DNA from: Nymphaea colorata
Lineage: Eukaryota
Direction of reading: 5' to 3'
DNA length: 64,000 nt
Assembly: GCF_008831285.2 (NCBI RefSeq)
Contig: NC_045138.2
Coordinates: 34,038,001 to 34,102,000, forward strand
Shown piece after piece: positions 27,191 to 40,048 of the stretch. Numbering within the stretch: the first letter of the stretch is position 1; every line of letters begins with the position of its first letter. The notes under the pieces were generated by a model. It worked only from the letters and a program-made list of their open reading frames with translations. It was not told where the DNA came from and made no database searches. The translations under genes were made by a program, and so were the position numbers.

Positions 27191-27861
27191 CAGTCTGCTC
27201 ATTTTCCGAAGATAGACATGCAGTTCAATTTTCCAAATTACGGATGTAGGGATCATAGGCCAAGTTGTAGCTTAGCTGGGTGCTTTATGAGCGACGTTGT
27301 TCTAATTAAGCTGGTTTCTGCACTTGCAACTCCACTTTAATATAGAAATCAGAAAGTCTGACGAGCAGGGTACGTCTGATTCCATCCTCATTTAATTCCC
27401 TCGATTGAGATTAGTCTCATGTTATGGTCATTAATGCGTCTCTCGTTTGGACCGAGCTATCGGCTTTAGCTATATCTGAAGTTACTTGGACATTGAAAGG
27501 AAATGATAGACGCACTTTTGTCCCTCTGGGAAAGGGGTACAGTGGAATCTCCACCTGCAATTCCGTAAGTACAGTCCCCTTTTTAGCCTTTTGGCATTTT
27601 TCCTTTGCTTTACTCCATGTGTTTTCCCGTGACCCCATCTCTGCTTTTTACCACTCTTTACTTAGAGGGAGACAGACAGAGAGGCGTTCCAGAGGGAACT
27701 GCCGTTTCTCTTCTCCCCTCCAAGAGGAGCCATTAACTCGATCTATCATTTCAATTTTCTTCTGTTGAGGAAGTGAAGAAAGAGAGACGAGGAAGAAGAA
27801 GCAACTAGAAAGGGAGTTACGAGTTCTGCAAGGGGGTTGGAAGTGAGGAGGGCTAACGAAA

Positions 27862-28125
27862 ATGTGCTATGTGGGGAAGGCTTCAAAGATCTTCATAGGG
27901 ATAGTAGTGGTTCTGGTGATTGTGGGAATGATAGTGGCGTTCCGTTGGGTCCGCCACGAGCCCAACCACAAGAGCCGCCAACAACAATGTGAAGGCAACA
28001 GGTGCTCCCCTCCATCTTTCTACCCTCAACCCATCCCAGCAACCGCAGCAGCAGCACCACCCTTTAGCACTCCTACGCCCCCTGGCCCTCAAGCTGGTAG
28101 CGCCCTTAGTCCAGTGCCTCCTTGA
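27862..28125 (+). CDS. Small single-pass membrane protein with Pro-rich tail (MCYVGKA.KIF-type plant protein), 87 aa
   Basis: Single-exon ORF with good ATG context: MCYVGKASKIF, a roughly 19-aa hydrophobic helix, a His/Lys linker with two Cys, then a Pro/Ala/Thr-rich tail. A GA-rich 5'UTR-like leader precedes it. Confidence 0.85.
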   Translation: MCYVGKASKIFIGIVVVLVIVGMIVAFRWVRHEPNHKSRQQQCEGNRCSPPSFYPQPIPATAAAAPPFSTPTPPGPQAGSALSPVPP

Positions 28126-29829
28126 GCCAGGTACCCCCACCTTCCCCTTGTCTTCTTTCCTCCTCTTTTTCTTGTACAAAGCCTCTCTCTCTCTCTGGCA
28201 ATCCTTCTTTGGCATTGGAGGGTTTGTTTAGATCTGTTTTTTCATTTGTCTGGATGTTGGTGTTGATTGCTTTTGGGGCTTGAGATTGTGAGGTGATAAT
28301 GCATGGGTTGTCTTAATAGTTTCAGTTTTGGGTCTCACTTTTCATGCTTGATGTAAATGGCCGTGAAATTTGAGAATGTGCAAATGAGGGCCTTTTCTTT
28401 AATTTGATACTTTCAGTTTTAGGTCTCAATTTTTATGCTTGATGTAACGGGGGTTTTATTTGAGAATGTGCTGATTTGCCGCTTGTTTGGTCTCACTGAG
28501 GGCGAACTTCTCATGATTAGTACACTGAAAGCTACTGACTAACAAATGAAAGTGATGTTTTTGGGGGCCGAGTTAAGAAGCACTGTTTGCTTTCATGTCC
28601 TGACATTATCCACGCTGTAATCTGTGTGTTATTGGGCGTCCGAGCTCACCCAGAGGCTTACCACCGTGGAAGATGAGCCAATTTGAGCTGAGTTACTTAA
28701 ACTGAAACCCGCTGTGCCAAATTTTGTGCTGGCATTCCAATTGGAGTTTTAGGAGGCTGAGCAATTTGTGGCTTTTTTTTTCCCAAACGGAACTAAAGTT
28801 CTATGCGGCATATTTGAATCCCCATCTGAATTGACAGGAGAGGGAAAAAGGAATGAGAATGAAGATTCATTGAAATTTTTTATTTCATTTCAATTGCTCT
28901 TAATCTAAGATCAATCATGCAAGTCTTGATCTGATCTGAAGAAATGTTCTGAACAATACCTTAGGATTCAAGTCTTCTGTATTATATAAAACTCAAAGTT
29001 ACCTAACAGCTTCCAGTTTGAACACCTAGTATTGAAATGTATAATATGTACAAAGTAAAAAAAAAAAGAAAAGAAAATGAAGAGACAGGTCATCCCCATT
29101 TACCAATGGTAGATGATTTATAATCGCTTCTACTGAGTAGTGATTTTGAGACTGGTCGCTTTCATCCACCGCATGTTGGCCAATTTGTTTCATGAAGGAG
29201 CAGCAGGTGGTCAGTAATTTAGCCGGCTACCTGCAGTTCGTGATTGTCCGTTGTGCCCACACTGACACACCATCTGATCCTGATGGTCTGCATGCCGTGG
29301 CCTTTTCCATGAAAAATCTGGGAAGATCTGCGTCCAAATCTGATCCTGATGATCTGCAGACTAGCTCGAATATAAACCATTAATGAATTTATGCAAGGAT
29401 TCCATTCCTTCGCACACCTAGTTCCTGGTTTAGATATCTTTGTTTTCGTTAAAGATGAGTTGCACACTGACTGTTTTAGTGCTCACACATGTGGCTCATA
29501 AAAGGTGCAACACATTGTATACGAGAAGATGTTTGAATTAATAAAATGGTGGCTAAGTAGGTAGAGCGGGTGCAATTTAGTAGTATGAAATTTGTGCACT
29601 TCCGGATGAAAAAATTGATCTGGAATGAATGGTACAGATCACGAATGTTCAGGGGTCAAAACCTAGAACGAAGTACTTGGACCATTGTTTTGAAATGCGT
29701 TAATCAACATTTTAACAGGCATTCATTACCACCACAAGTGCTTGAAGAGACGGTTGCGATGGTGTCCAATTGAAGATCCTTTTTAGTTCACAAGAAGTGG
29801 ACCGATATTCCACTTCGATGCCCATGTAT

Positions 29830-31100
29830 CTTTTGAAGCGAGCAATTTCAATGCCCAGCAGATACTTGAGATGACCTAAAGCTTCTAGGTGAAATTCTCT
29901 GTTGCTGGACTTGTTTGAACTTGAAGGAGGTCATGGCCTCACTCTTTTAGTGATACCATCGTTACAAATTAACATTCTACATGCCATTATGTCAATTCAC
30001 CAAAGTATGCAACAAGCTACCTTCGATGCTGGAAGCCAAAGGATGCCAGAAGAATATTTGGTGAACTTTGAAAATCAATGCTCGGATGACGACAATAGCC
30101 CACAGATTGGATCGACTTATACATATTCAGAGATGCAGGAGAACATATCTATCTCGTTGGTGTGATTGGTAAACTAATTATTCCTCAATTGCTGCTTGAG
30201 CCCATAAATCTTACATTTAGTTAGTAGTACACTGATTTGTTTAGCATGCAACACAGCTTAAGTGGCATCTCCATGTAAACTTCCTGATTTGAGGTTTTCG
30301 ATATGCAAAAAGGCATTAACATAAACTTGATGCAGCATGCATTCGTGAAATACAGTAGTGCTTACTAGATATTCAACTGGAGCTCATGTCTAAGGTGTTC
30401 TGTAAAAGTACATCCTTTAGCAATAAGGAAAAATTCCCCCTTCAATCACGTGGGCTAAATGATATTTAATCTTTGAAATCCACTTGCATACCACGAGGCT
30501 TTCGTTCCTTCTAGACTAACAATCACTTGCCAATTGGGTTCAAGCATATGAATCTTTGAGGTTGCTTGCCAAATTAGCTTCTGAAAACTATATACTACTA
30601 CATTTGTGACATGAGGTTCACGAATCGTTGGAGAAGTTCATGAGGTGGAAATTGCAAACTAGGATCAGATGACAAGTCACTGGAAGTATAAACTTCTGCT
30701 TGTTGGACTCGTGGTGTTGCAATAAATACCAGTAGTCCAGGGAGTAATAGTAATAGTTGATCAGGACACATGGCTGGACCATATTGTTGCACCATTCCCA
30801 TGATGAAGGATGGTCCCGATGAGTTCAAAAATGTTGATCCACCAGTGAAGGCCAAGTTTGATTTTGGGCACGAGCTGCGCGTTGCTCTCTCCCACATTGG
30901 TGTAGTTGCCACCTTTAGTTGGTGGTCGAGGCGCAAAAACTGCGGTAGGACTAGTAAAATACAGATCAGCGATGAAGAAGGACTTCAGAATTTCTGATGA
31001 TGAATTGATCGTCATACGACCATAGTTACAAGCTAGCCGATAGCCATACTTGAAGAAGCTGCATCGGCTCCTACGTAGCCATGGTAAAGGCCAATACATC
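29830..31100 (-). mobile_element. Degraded Ty1-copia pol relic (integrase C-terminus to RT)
   Basis: Minus-strand motifs occur in copia order: RRSRCSFFKYG (cf. RS.KC.FLGY), LIAKGCT (cf. LVAKGYT), ICGLLSSSEH*FSKF (cf. LYGLKQSPRAWFSKF), LGHLKYLLGIEIAR (cf. LG.LKYFLGIEVAR). Many stops and frameshifts; no LTRs recognised. Confidence 0.65.
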
Positions 31101-33358
31101 CTTCTTCAGTACCATGCAAAAACTGAATATATACAGGAAGAAGAAAGGCAGTTCATAATCCGTATGATACTATTGCACTGAGATAGCATAGAACGAAAAA
31201 AGAAAGAATAGCCAAGGTCGGGCCTACTGAAAAAAAAAAAAAAAAAAAACGCATTCGGATTGGGTAGGCCCGTGTTGAACGTTATTTGGCTTAAGATCTA
31301 ACCCTGTAAAAGTACTGCAAAATGTTTTCTGTTCCCAAATAGAATTTTTAAAATACATACTTTGGCCCTTCAAGAAAAAATTGTTTCTCTGCCCCTGCCG
31401 ATACATATTCTATTTTGTAAAATATTAAATCAAATTAAAATGCTATAAATTATTTTTGGAGTTCATAAATTCGAAATATGAAGAAACGGGTCCACGCGTA
31501 AGGATAAGTATTGACTAATATATAGTGAGCGCGGAACGACACATACCTACAACATTATTGTATACGACGATGCAATTAATGGCAATGCAAAAGGGGAATA
31601 TGAATTTGGAAACCCGCATAAATTTTGCCAACAACTGCCTATTGAGGCTCCAATTTAAAAAAAAAAAAAAATTAGAAAAAAACTAATGGCTTCATGCTGC
31701 TTACCTGATTCTCAAAATTGCTGACGTTCTTTTATTAAAGAGTTCGCTAATTTTTGAAATTATCTATTACAAGGACTGTCGCAATTCAAAGGGTTCGTCT
31801 AAGTTTGAGTAATCTATAATTACTTGATTCCATAACCGCCCTTTTTGTTGTTTATTGTCATTAACTCATTACTAGAGCAATCTAACTTCCTCTTGCCATG
31901 CCAAGTAGAGTCTGAAACGACGATACTCACTGCATCATTCCTTTTTATTACGCTTCATGAAACCAAGTATACCTCAAGAGAGAGATCCAGGAGAGGAAAA
32001 GAAATTCGGCACGACTTGAGGTGGATAGTGCCTGAGCTTTTTGTCCTTGTAGGGAAACGCAAAATCTTTCTTATTTTGGCTTGGCCTTCAACGCAATGAA
32101 GGGGCATGCAATGCAATATCATGAGGCATGTAAGAGTATATTGTATATGGGCAGAATCACATTGCGTCAGGCTGCGTGTTTGGATGGCATGGCCGTGGAT
32201 TTAACCTGCTCCTCCTATATAGTTGGATCATTTAATATTCTAGAAGGCCTCCAGAGGAAGGGAAGGCCAAATTTATAACATTATTAGCTGAAAAATTGCT
32301 GCGCTTCTCCAACAAAGCTGCCAAAAAATGGTTGCTTGTGATGGAAAGCAACCTGCTTCGGACGCAAGGCCATCGTTGGACAAATTTAGATAATGGACGG
32401 TGAATAGGTAACGTGCATGCAACACAAAATCATGTTTTGTCATCGGTTATCGAGCTGGGAAGACGTATTTTCACCCAATGCACACGCATGAACATTGTTC
32501 AAAATAATTGATTACTAAAAGTTGAACATCAATGGAAGAACACTACTGATTAATATATGAATTGCCAGTAGTAGATGTACATTAAAAATCTACACGCATG
32601 CTGCAACAACATGATTCAAAACCCATCGCTCACTGAGGCCGCGATGCCGAATCAAAAATTAAAGTGATTCATGTCCAAAAGCACCACTAATCTTATGAAT
32701 TGCCTTCATATTCTTGCGCATTAGTGCACATCATTATGTGAGTGAAGAGCAGGTGGCAGAAATGGAAGCGCGATACCGTTTAATCAAGCTGCAGCCTTGT
32801 TTTGTGAAAAAAAAAAAAAGAGATGGAGATCAAGGAAAAAATAAGGACTCCACGAGAAACTTCTCGATAAAGATGAAGTCTGATGTCGAACAGATATTGC
32901 TCAGGATAAAGATGAAATATCATATACCCAACAAACCCATGAAGATTTTAACTGAAAATATTCACGAACTGCTTTCATATATTGCAGATTTTAACATCCT
33001 TATCTTGTTTTGATGAAGAATGGGATTCAGGCTTGACTCTATGTTTACCTCTCAAAGTGCCGACCTATTAAATGAAGAGTCGATGTCTAGAAAAGAGAAA
33101 AGAAAACGTAAAGTAGCCTAGTGCAGACGACATAAAATACAATATTTGACATTCAGCATTACGGAGCCATGATCCTACAAAGTAAGGGACGCGACTCCTA
33201 AAGTCTCGAAACCATGGATAAGAATCATACTGGCTAACCTTCATGTCAAATCTTTTTCGTCTCCTTTCATCGTCGAAGGGCCAAAGCTTACAGCCGCCTG
33301 CGGATAAAGATTAGAGGATCTAGATATCGAATGAAAAGATCAAATTCTCCGGTCTCCT

Positions 33359-33480
33359 TGGGACTGTTTGGCAACAGAAACAGAATGTTACTGTTGATTT
33401 TGTTTCATTCATAAATCTGTTTCACTTTTTCGAGCCAAATTCAAATGACAGTAATAATGTGTTCCTGTTGACAAACGACC
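33359..33480. mobile_element. Degenerate Tourist-like MITE, related to the element at 36755
   Basis: Imperfect TIRs ggactgtttggcaacag...ctgttgacaaacgacc, with internal gttactg/acagtaa shared with the 36755 element. Confidence 0.55.
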
Positions 33481-35804
33481 GAGAGAGATAAATGAGATAA
33501 TTTCTGAGAGTGAAATTTTCACTTAGAAGGAAAATCGTCACTGTTCGCGTACTCACGGGTTATGGGCCGGAGAAGCAGCCGAACATGGTTCTTTACGTGT
33601 TTCGATGTTCATGTGTTCCTTTCACGGAATGGATGTATGATTGCAATGGATGGGCCACACAGAAATAGAATGATTGCACAGCAGCCTCAGGTGCAACTTT
33701 AATTCTGCATATTCGGAGATCTTGTTTTTTTTTTTTAATGGCAACTTGGGTTGTCGATTCTTTCTTTGTTTACAACGACAAAAAAAACTTGCTCTGCGGT
33801 TACGATAAGAAGTAAGAAGTGTCAAATTTACTTACCATCGTTCTCTGCATCTCACTAAAGTTATGGCATTTCAATTGCACAAAGTTGCCCTCATGTTGCA
33901 ACTTGCAGGTGGTGGTTCGATCAGGATTTAGTCGATTCCTAGTGTATTCCATTCCACTTTTAATGCATTTTGCTATCCAGAATTTGATCCGTTTATGATC
34001 CTACTCCTGATGCAAATGCCAAAATAATTGGTAAAATTTCTTAGTCGGTAAAGGAAATCACGCGTATGAGTGGAGAAATGAGGGAAAATCAGGTCATGTT
34101 TGTAGAAGAAACTTTTAGGAGCATGTCAAACCACAACAAGTATACGATAATAAAAATGAACTGAGGTCAACGGCCGAGCACAAAGAATGAAGGCAGCCCA
34201 CGGGAAGTTCTTTTTCAAATCAAACGCTGGCTGACTTGAAGTAGAAGAGGAGCCCAGACCGAGCGTACGCACTTTACTCCACTATCTCCATGTCAACGGT
34301 GTGGATAATATTGAATATTTTATGTGAACCAAATCCCATCCCGATTCAGCGATCAAATCCAAATGTGATAGCAACGAAACTAGATCTGATTGGATCCGAC
34401 CCGGTTCTGGTGTGGACGTGGATCGAGCAGCCACTGTCAGTACCCGAACCGATTCGTGGGGAAGGGGCGTTCCGTAGCTGAACGCGTCATCTTCGTTAAA
34501 AAGTACGAACCCAAATCCCACGTCACCTTCACGTACACGTCTCCGGGTCCTGCGCTCTGTACTGAACTCGACCCCGAAATTACCACGCTAGGATTGTCGA
34601 CTACGGAATAATGAGAGATTTCGATTATCTGTTTCCCGTTTTCCCCGTATTTCCTTATATTTGAAAATTTTCTGGTAAAGAAAATCCAGAGAAAATTGGA
34701 TCAACCCTTTTCTAAAATGTTTTCAAACTCGCCGTGTGACGGAAAAATGGTCGACGGAGACATTTTTCACCCTATTAAAAGAAGCTTAAACGCGAAAAAG
34801 ATTACTTCATTTTTCGCAAATTTTTGGCAATTACATCAGCAAACACGGACAGTAAACTTCACATTTTTTCTTTCTAATTTTTAGTCTAACATAACAAACG
34901 TCAACCTTGCGGTACATTAGAAAAATGTGAAGGCACCGCCAACAGGAAGGGGAAAAGAATCTCACCCTTTCCCATGCACCCAACCCTCTGCTTCCTTCCA
35001 AGGCATAAACAAAGTCCCACATGTCACTTGTCCTGCACGCTTCACACATGAGCTTCAGTGCCATCATCTGGACTTGTGGGGGCAGTTGCCACATGGTTTA
35101 ATTTTTTTTTTTTAAAATTATATTTACACCTTTTATTGCCTGATATATATATATATATATATATATATCCAAAAGGGAGAAGCACTCAGCCTCCAGTTTA
35201 GAGCCATGGAAACAAGGAATGATCCTTTGTTTTCGTTAGCCTCTATCAGTCGATGCATATGATTTTGGCTTCTTAATGAAATACCAATATAATTCGACTT
35301 CGTCTTTTTCCCATTTTGTCAAAATGATTCAAAACGGCCTTTTGGAAGTAAAAAAAGAGGTTTAAGGTTGAGTCACTATAATAAATTCGTTCGTCCATCC
35401 ACGTGAATCCTGATTTCTTTTTTGTTTTTTTCTAATTATTGAATCAAAGAGCCATTAGAGGAAGTATTTATTTGTACATGTTGGCGGTAGAAATTTGTGG
35501 GACTTGCTGAATTTTTGTGACAACCAATAAATTTTTGATCGATAAACAAACGGAAGGTCCGGAAACCGGTGAAAGTGATTAACTCAATTAATTGCAATTA
35601 CTAAAAATCGATAAGGTAAAAAAGGAGTTGCCGTGTCGTCGCTTTGCGTGCTGCTTCTTTTTCCACCCCGTGTCTCTTTGCTTCCCTCTCCCAACTACCC
35701 ATCTCTCTCTTTCTCCGCAGGGGAGTGGCTTCATTGGGGACACCAGAATGCGGTGAAGAATATCCGGCCGGCGAGCTTTCTACGGTGGTTTTGCACTGGA
35801 AGAC

Positions 35805-38800
35805 ATGGCGTCTGGGGAGAACCCCGTGTGGCTCCCCGACTACGGCCTCATCGATATGGACGACGTGGGGAATTTTGCTGGAGATTTTCCCTGCACCGTG
35901 GCGGCGGACGAATTCTACTCGGCGTTGGGTGCCGTGCCGGAGATCAGGTAGTTGTCACTGCTCTCGACTACGACGTAGAGTTTAGTTTTTGGAGTTCTTC
36001 TCTTCGTTTTGATTAATTTGAGGAGGGTTACAACACCTCACACTCTCTAGCTCGCGCTCTCTCGGTTTGTACTGGTATTGAACCGCTTATGGCGAGGACG
36101 GGGACAAGATGAACAGTTTTCTTCTTTTTCCTTTTTTCAATCTCACATCTTCTCCTGGTTTTTCCGGATATTTGTTGCTTCCAAAAGTACGTACCTGGCG
36201 TTTATTTTGGTTTCAGAAAAAATGGAGTTTAGTAACGTAAAGCGTATTTAGGTCTTCCAAATAATTTTGTTTTGTTTTCCTACTTTTCCATTGAGAAACA
36301 AATTGACCTGTTCCTGCTTGTTATCTCGTCTAAGTTTTGGTTCCTTGATTATGTTAAACAAGAAGGATTCTTTACACCATTCTCTCTTTGTGGCTTGTTA
36401 GAAGTTTCGGATGGCTAGGAGGATTATGGAGAACAGTTATAGGATTTGGGGAAAGAGAATGATATATGCGATAGCTTGAGCTGTTGCTGTGGATTCTACA
36501 AATTGAAGGGATATGCCAAACTCCTTTGTTTTGGAGCAAAATGATTGTATATTTTCTTTTGGAATTGGACGACATCTTGAAGAATGAAATATTCCCAATT
36601 TGTGCATCTCGCCAGATTGTGGAGAGAGATTTTCTTTGATTGAAATCAGAGTCCATGAAAATCGTTAGAGAATGCACCAGTTACGGGCTCCAGCGTCATC
36701 ACATTGTCGTGTCCTTCTGGGATCATCAGGCCACAAGTTTCGCAGTGATCTTTAGAGGTCGTTTGGTAATAGTAACAATATTGTCCCATGAATCTGCCTC
36801 AAAAAAAAAAATGGAGCAGATTCATAAAACACTTCTTAGGATGTTTATTGAATCTACTCCATTTTTTAAGGCAGGCTAATGGGACAGTAACGGAGTGTTA
36901 CTGTTGCCAGACAGCCTCTTATGTTATCATAGATGTCCTGTCAAGCCAATAGGCTGGTAGCCTGGTATATGATGATAAGTTCCTGCCTGAGAGAGTTCAG
37001 GAATGCTTTATAACTGAGGATGGTCTTTGGCTTGTTGACATGAATAGTGCCTTGAATACTGCAATCTTAGGCTTTGCCTTATCGCCATACTCCAGAGGGA
37101 CGGGATTTGAGTTGGGAAGGAAGTTTTATTAGTTGGTGTGTTTCAGCTGCTACCGGAGCTGGGAACCTGATGCCTATGATCGGGATCATTAGTCTGATAT
37201 TCGCTTTTGTTGCAGGCCGTTTCCACTGTCTGAGTGTGGCGACTGTGATGAAATTGTCGTTTTACAGCAAAAAGGTTTCTGTTTGGTCACTTGATTTCGT
37301 GCAGATGGAAATTAAGCTGGAGACTGAGAGAATGGGAGGACATGTACTACTAGAAGATCATATAAATCCTTTCTGTTCTTTGTCGGAAAGCTACTACCAA
37401 TATTCAGTTTGTAATCAAGAGATGGGGCCATTCTGGCTTGATCATTATATTAGAGTAACGTGCACAAAAAACACAATTGCATTGTAATCCTGCAATCCGC
37501 TGTCCCACTTTAACAAAAGGTACTCAGAGATAATCTTTAAGAAACTATTGGCCACAATGTTTCTATCTGCCATCTTGTTGCTAATCGAACTGCAGAAATT
37601 ACAGTAACTTGCTTTCCTTCTGGAAAACAGCGTACTGTAAAACTTAAATGCTAGGTTTTCTGGCCACCTATTCAGTAACGTGTAATTTTGGCTTCACGAA
37701 CTCTTTTTGAGGATTCCATAACAGAAAGAGAAGAGGTTTTTCTGTACGAGTTTGAGCCCAATAAATTATTTTTCTTTTAGATCGAGCCAAAATATGAATA
37801 TACTAATCGTACATGTCATGCTCTTTCTGCCTTTCAGTGTTGTTTATTATTATATACCCTGGGAATTATGTAGTATCAGTCTACAACTAAGCGTTGCATG
37901 TAAGTATTTGCTGTTGTTCGTGATTCCTCAACGCGAGGTCCACCTTTATTGAACCAAGGATATTTTCTGTAGGTTACTGCTAATAGAGAAAATGCTTTGT
38001 TGAAACAGGTTCACAAAATCAGGTGTATCACAATTATGCAATTGACTAATTTTTTAAGGATAATTTTGTTCTAGTGGGTGTAACACTTCATCATTGTTTT
38101 TTTGATGTTTTGAGTAGTATTCGCTAGATAACTTCGAAGGACAAAGAGGCAAAATTTATGGAATGTCTGCTGTCTTCATTGTTTAGCTATCTCCAACTTA
38201 TGTGCAAATTACGACTGTCCTCTAGTGCAACATTCAACTTTCTCTGTCTTCATCTTTCAAAAAATCAACTTTGGTTTGTTGTTTTTAAGTTACTTACAAT
38301 CTTTCTGCATTATGTGCAGTCCAGAAGTGAGTGGTTCATTTGAGGGTTCTGACTATCATGGGAAGTCATGTCAACTGAAACGGTATGCCTTGTGACAAAT
38401 ATTTTCTGATATATTTCCTACACACCCCCACTTTACCCATTGCTAAAATGTCGGGGCACATGCAAAGCAAGATTGTTGCTATAACTTTAAATGTTTAACT
38501 AATAAATCTCCTGTGCTTCTGTTGCTGTGGCATCTTTGTCATCATTATGCTCCGTAATCACGATTGGCTGTTGGAGTGTCTGCTTACACGTCTCCATAAT
38601 CCTGATTTGCCCATCACCAGTATAATTTTTGAAATTTTTGGCGGCAGATGCATTTCCTTTATTACTAGTGCAATGGTCTTAGCTGGGCAATAACTATAAT
38701 TATTCTCATAATGGAGAAGTTCATACTTCACCCTTCTCATTCTGGTATCCTACAAATGCTTTTGTTGCTTATTTACTGCACATCATGCTTTTGTGCTTGA

Positions 38801-38948
38801 TATTATTTTTTGGAGCCAATCATTTTGTTTATGTCGCCTATATCACTACATGTCTCTTTAAATTTCAGCAGCAGGACTGAATCTTGTGGTGCGTATGGCT
38901 CCAAAGCAAGCAGGGAGAAGCTGCGAAGGGACAAATTGAATGACAGGT

Positions 38949-38984
<36 letters not shown>

Positions 38985-39021
38985 TCGCGTGCGCACACAC
39001 ACACACACACACACACACGCG

Positions 39022-39064
<43 letters not shown>

Positions 39065-39065
39065 G

Positions 39066-39106
<41 letters not shown>

Positions 39107-40048
39107 GCATACACATGCACTGAGGTTGTTGAGATTGTCTTTATGCTGCTTGCAGGTTCTTGGAGTTGGGTTGCTTATTGGAGCCTGGAAAGAAGCCTAA
39201 GACTGACAAATCAACTATACTTTGTGATGCCATTCGGGTTGTGAATCAATTGAGAAATGACGCAGAAAAGCGAAAGGAAGAAAATGAACAACTCGAGGAA
39301 AAGGTCAAAGAATTAAAGGTGCACGTCCTTGTCTGCTCTGCTGATGAACCACACTGTTTCTTCGTTTTTCTTGATCTGTTTGATGGACAAACTGTTGAGT
39401 TGGGAACAGGTCGCCTAGTGATGCTGGATTGACTTCCTATGCTTGCACTGGTGCCCTGATGCCTAAACTATGAGGCCACTCGGACAGTTATTTGTTCCTT
39501 TCTCCTTTTCTTGTTTTATTAACGTGCCTCTCCCTGTTTTCTTTCATTTTTTGCTTGTGAATTTAACCACCGTACTGAGATGACTCATAGTTATCCTATT
39601 GAAGTCCGACAGCTTGTATAAAGAAAAGGATTGTCTGCGACTCTGCACGAGTAATTTGAAGGAGGCTGCCCAGAGCTTTTCTTCACAAACTTGCTAGTCC
39701 TTAATCATGACTTCTTGGCAACTTGTTAGTGCGAAAGAACATTGGTGTTGCCTTCTGAAAAAGATTGCATACGTTTTGCAGGCGGAGAAAAGTGAACTTC
39801 GTGAGGAAAAGTTAAAGCTAAAAGCTGATAAAGAAAGGCTGGAACAGCAGATGAAAGCAATAACCATGCCTGCAGGTTTCCTACCTCATCCTGCAGCATT
39901 TCAGGCAGCATTTGCCGCTCAAGCCCCAGCTCCTGGTGTAAAACCTATGCCGTTTATGGGTTACCCTGCAATGCCCATGTGGCAATTCCTGCCACCAGCG
40001 CTAGTTGATTCGTCAAAGGATCCTGCAGGAGTCTCTCCTGGTGCTTAG
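35805..40048 (+). CDS. ILR3: bHLH subgroup IVc transcription factor (ILR3/bHLH105-like), 5 exons: 35805-35947, 38320-38382, 38869-38946, 39156-39318, 39782-40048; 237 aa
   Basis: N-terminus [10 protein letters not shown]; b[52 protein letters not shown]; zipper [39 protein letters not shown]. All introns are GT-AG and in frame. Exact ortholog within IVc is not resolved. Confidence 0.9.
36755..36918. mobile_element. Palindromic Tourist/PIF-Harbinger-like MITE (164 bp) in bHLH intron 1
   Basis: TTA target-site duplication at 36752-36754 and 36919-36921; termini GAGGTCGTTTGG / CCAGACAGCCTC; the two halves are imperfect inverted repeats over about 75 bp. Confidence 0.85.
38949..39120 (+). repeat. 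Compound microsatellite (TC)n(CA)n(CG)n(CA)n(CG)n(CA)n in bHLH intron 3
   Basis: Directly visible; starts 3 nt into the intron. Confidence 0.97.

Noticed and set aside
32098..32110. 13-nt match to miR528 (GAAGGGGCATGCA)
   Set aside because: The 3' part does not match and there is no extended precursor hairpin.
34280..34610. Short ORFs and ggatc/ccga-rich sequence (similar tract at 42890-43090)
   Set aside because: Resembles subterminal repeats of non-autonomous DNA transposons, but no TIR or TSD could be fixed and the ORFs have no motifs.
35748..35756. Minimal uORF ATG-CGG-TGA in the bHLH leader
   Set aside because: Present, but too short to distinguish from chance without conservation data.
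38810..39244. ORFs with HTHT/CVCV repeats
   Set aside because: Translation artefacts of the intronic microsatellite.
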